Assembly: GCA_002269645.1 (NCBI GenBank)
Contig: NIVC01002221.1
Span: 1 to 64,000 of the forward strand
Reading direction: 5' to 3'
Origin: Macrostomum lignano
Lineage: Eukaryota
DNA length: 64,000 nucleotides
Under the pieces are notes generated by a model. That model saw nothing but the letters and a program-made list of their open reading frames with translations. It did not search any database and was not told the origin of the DNA. This document shows, piece after piece, positions 61,944 through 64,000 of this stretch; the first letter of the stretch is position 1, and every line of letters begins with the position of its first letter. A program made the position numbers and the translations under genes.

Positions 61944-63453
61944 CTAAAGCTGTGTGATTTGAATATCCTCTGGCATCTCAACAGCCCGAACAGTAACCAG
62001 GGAGCGACGTTGAAGCAGCTCCTCCTGCTGCTCCTGTACGAGAAAATCTGACTCGCTTGACGAATTTGACTTGTCAGCCTCAATCTGAAACACGTAGGCG
62101 GGGTTTGGACAAGTGTTCGGGCTGGGTTCGGTAGAGCCTGCAGTCAGCCGGTGGTTCGCTGAAGGACTCGAATAGAGGCAGCTTTCAACGCGTTCTCCCT
62201 CGGCGCGCATCGCCCGCAACTCCTGGTCCATCAGACTGAACACTGACGACAGCAGCTGCGGATTAGCGTGAAACTGCGGCGCTAGGAGGTTATTGCGCTT
62301 CAGGCGCTCCTCCCAGTGCGGCGGCAGGTTGACAAATTGTTCGGCCTCGCGATCGTAGACCAGGCTCAGCAGCTCCCGAGGCTGTCGCGGCGGCGGTGTC
62401 GGCGGCGGCGAACCGGCATCGTCTTCATCGTCCGTATTGCCATCACCAGCTCGCTGCTGCAGTGGCGGCTCTGCTGCTTCCGCTGCTGTTGCTTCCGCTG
62501 CAGGTACAGTTGCTGAGGCCGGGACCTTATTTCAAAAAGATGCTGTCGTTTTGCTTACACTACGTAACAATTCGCTCTGGCCCTACTTTTGTAATCCATG
62601 TAGTTCTGTCATAAAATTCCACAATGTCTACAAGACCAAAACGTCAACTCCCGGAAGTAAAAGAGCCATGACACCCTTACGTAAATGCTTGCGGACTCGT
62701 GACATGCTTACGAAAAAAACGAGCACGGAGACCCGTACAGAGCCTACCTACAGACCCCATACCCTACAGAAAGCAAGGGCAAGCCATGAACTCGTGCCTG
62801 TTTGCGTTACGCGTGGCATGGACTTGCTCGGGAAATGCGGCGTACGAGCGTAATTAGAGAAACTATCTTCCAACTCCAGCGCATTCCAAGAAGTGTGCAG
62901 GACTCAGTCTGTTACAAGAAAACTAGAATAAGTATACTCAATCGCATTTTCAGAATGATGTAAGATTTCTTCTCACCTGTTCTGCTGGTGAGACTGGTAA
63001 CGGCTCTTCACTAATTGATTCAGTCGCCATTGCAGCTCGTTCCTCCTCTCCAGGTTCTTCTTCAATGACTGACATGGTGATCAAAGGAGCTGCTTCTGCT
63101 GCTGTTGCTTCTGCTCCTGTTGCTGCCGTTGCAGGTATAGTTGCTGTCGAAGATGATATCGACTGATCAGTGTTGCTACCCGCTGGTTGGGCCTCGAAGT
63201 ACTGCCGCCAATTCTCGGGTATCCCGTCAAAGCCTTGACTACCCGCATTGAAAGTGATGTGCATCACCCGCTTCACGTTCTGCGGCGTTGAAATTCGACG
63301 ACCACCTTTGCTGGAGCCGCTGCTGCCGTCGTCGCCGCCGCCTTCACTGCTACCGTCGCCGCTGCTGCCGCCTTTGCCACCACCGCGATTCCTGCGCTTA
63401 AATAGCGACGCTATGGAGTCTCGGACACTGTCCAGCTTCTTTGTGGAAGACAT
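61944..63453 (-). CDS. PAK-like CRIB/PBD-containing protein; exons 63453-62977 and 62525 onward, frameshift near 62280
   Basis: ISTPQNVKRVMHITFNAGSQGFDGIPENWRQYF resembles the PAK CRIB/PBD. A second partial copy reads LVYDREAEQFVNLPPHWEERLKRNNL...NPQLLSSVF. Splice sites CAG-GTGAGA (62977) and AAATAAG-GTC (62525). Confidence 0.65.
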
Positions 63454-64000
63454 TCTACCACGTCTGAATGCACGGACCCGCCCCGGTGAGCAATGTTGAC
63501 AGTGAATGGGGCTTATGCGGGGCAATCCAGTAATGGTGTGCCGTCAATATGAGAGCTACTAAGGGCCCCAGCTCTGTGCACAAAGCCTACTGCCGGCGAG
63601 TTTTTCATAGGGCAGTTTATAAAAGAAGGGTTGAAAAGCAAAATGTACATCACTTCAATGCGCACTACAGACGCCGAAGAGGGACTGAACTGTACATTGG
63701 CCTGCAACGCTCCTGCGCCTGCGTAGTGAGCGAGATAGAAAATTTCTCAGTCTTTTTATCTCGCTACTTTCCTGCGGCGCTGCGCCTCCCCCCCCCCTGA
63801 CTGACGATATTCACAGCTGTTTTACTGCTTGCCTGGGTGCATTATCCGAGAGTTTACTTCGAACGCTGGAGAAGATTCTAAATTTAGTAACGAAGGTTCA
63901 GTTTAACAGCTTAACATTGCAAGACGAAATGAAGTTCCGCCAATAATCAAGGTAACAAAATCTGTAATGTCGAACAAGCCTAAACTCTGGAATAAGGAAG

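Overview
Animal (invertebrate) nuclear DNA with GT-AG introns, GC/CAG-rich exons and many minisatellites. The style suggests a free-living flatworm such as Macrostomum, but this is inference only. Host genes: the 5' part of a polycystin-1-like gene (minus strand, runs off the left end), a complete 11-exon synapsin (39708-57798) with a 5-exon TIMP gene nested antisense in intron 5, and a PAK-like CRIB gene with no kinase domain visible (right end). Between them lies a 19.2-kb AT-rich Polinton/Maverick (adintovirus-like) element (16827-36043). It carries pPolB, major and minor capsid proteins, packaging ATPase, adenain-type protease, fibre, core proteins and a PLA2-integrase fusion. The main discovery is a 334-nt group I (IC1, Tetrahymena-like) self-splicing intron (18860-19193, minus). 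It interrupts the PLA2-integrase gene, folds into a complete P1-P10 structure, restores the reading frame when removed, and sits directly downstream of a free-standing HNH endonuclease gene. The element also has fold-back termini, GC-rich triloop hairpins at gene stops, and an HTH gene with a spliceosomal intron. Many frameshifts are single-base losses in homopolymers, and a host exon shows the same kind of break, so they may be assembly errors.
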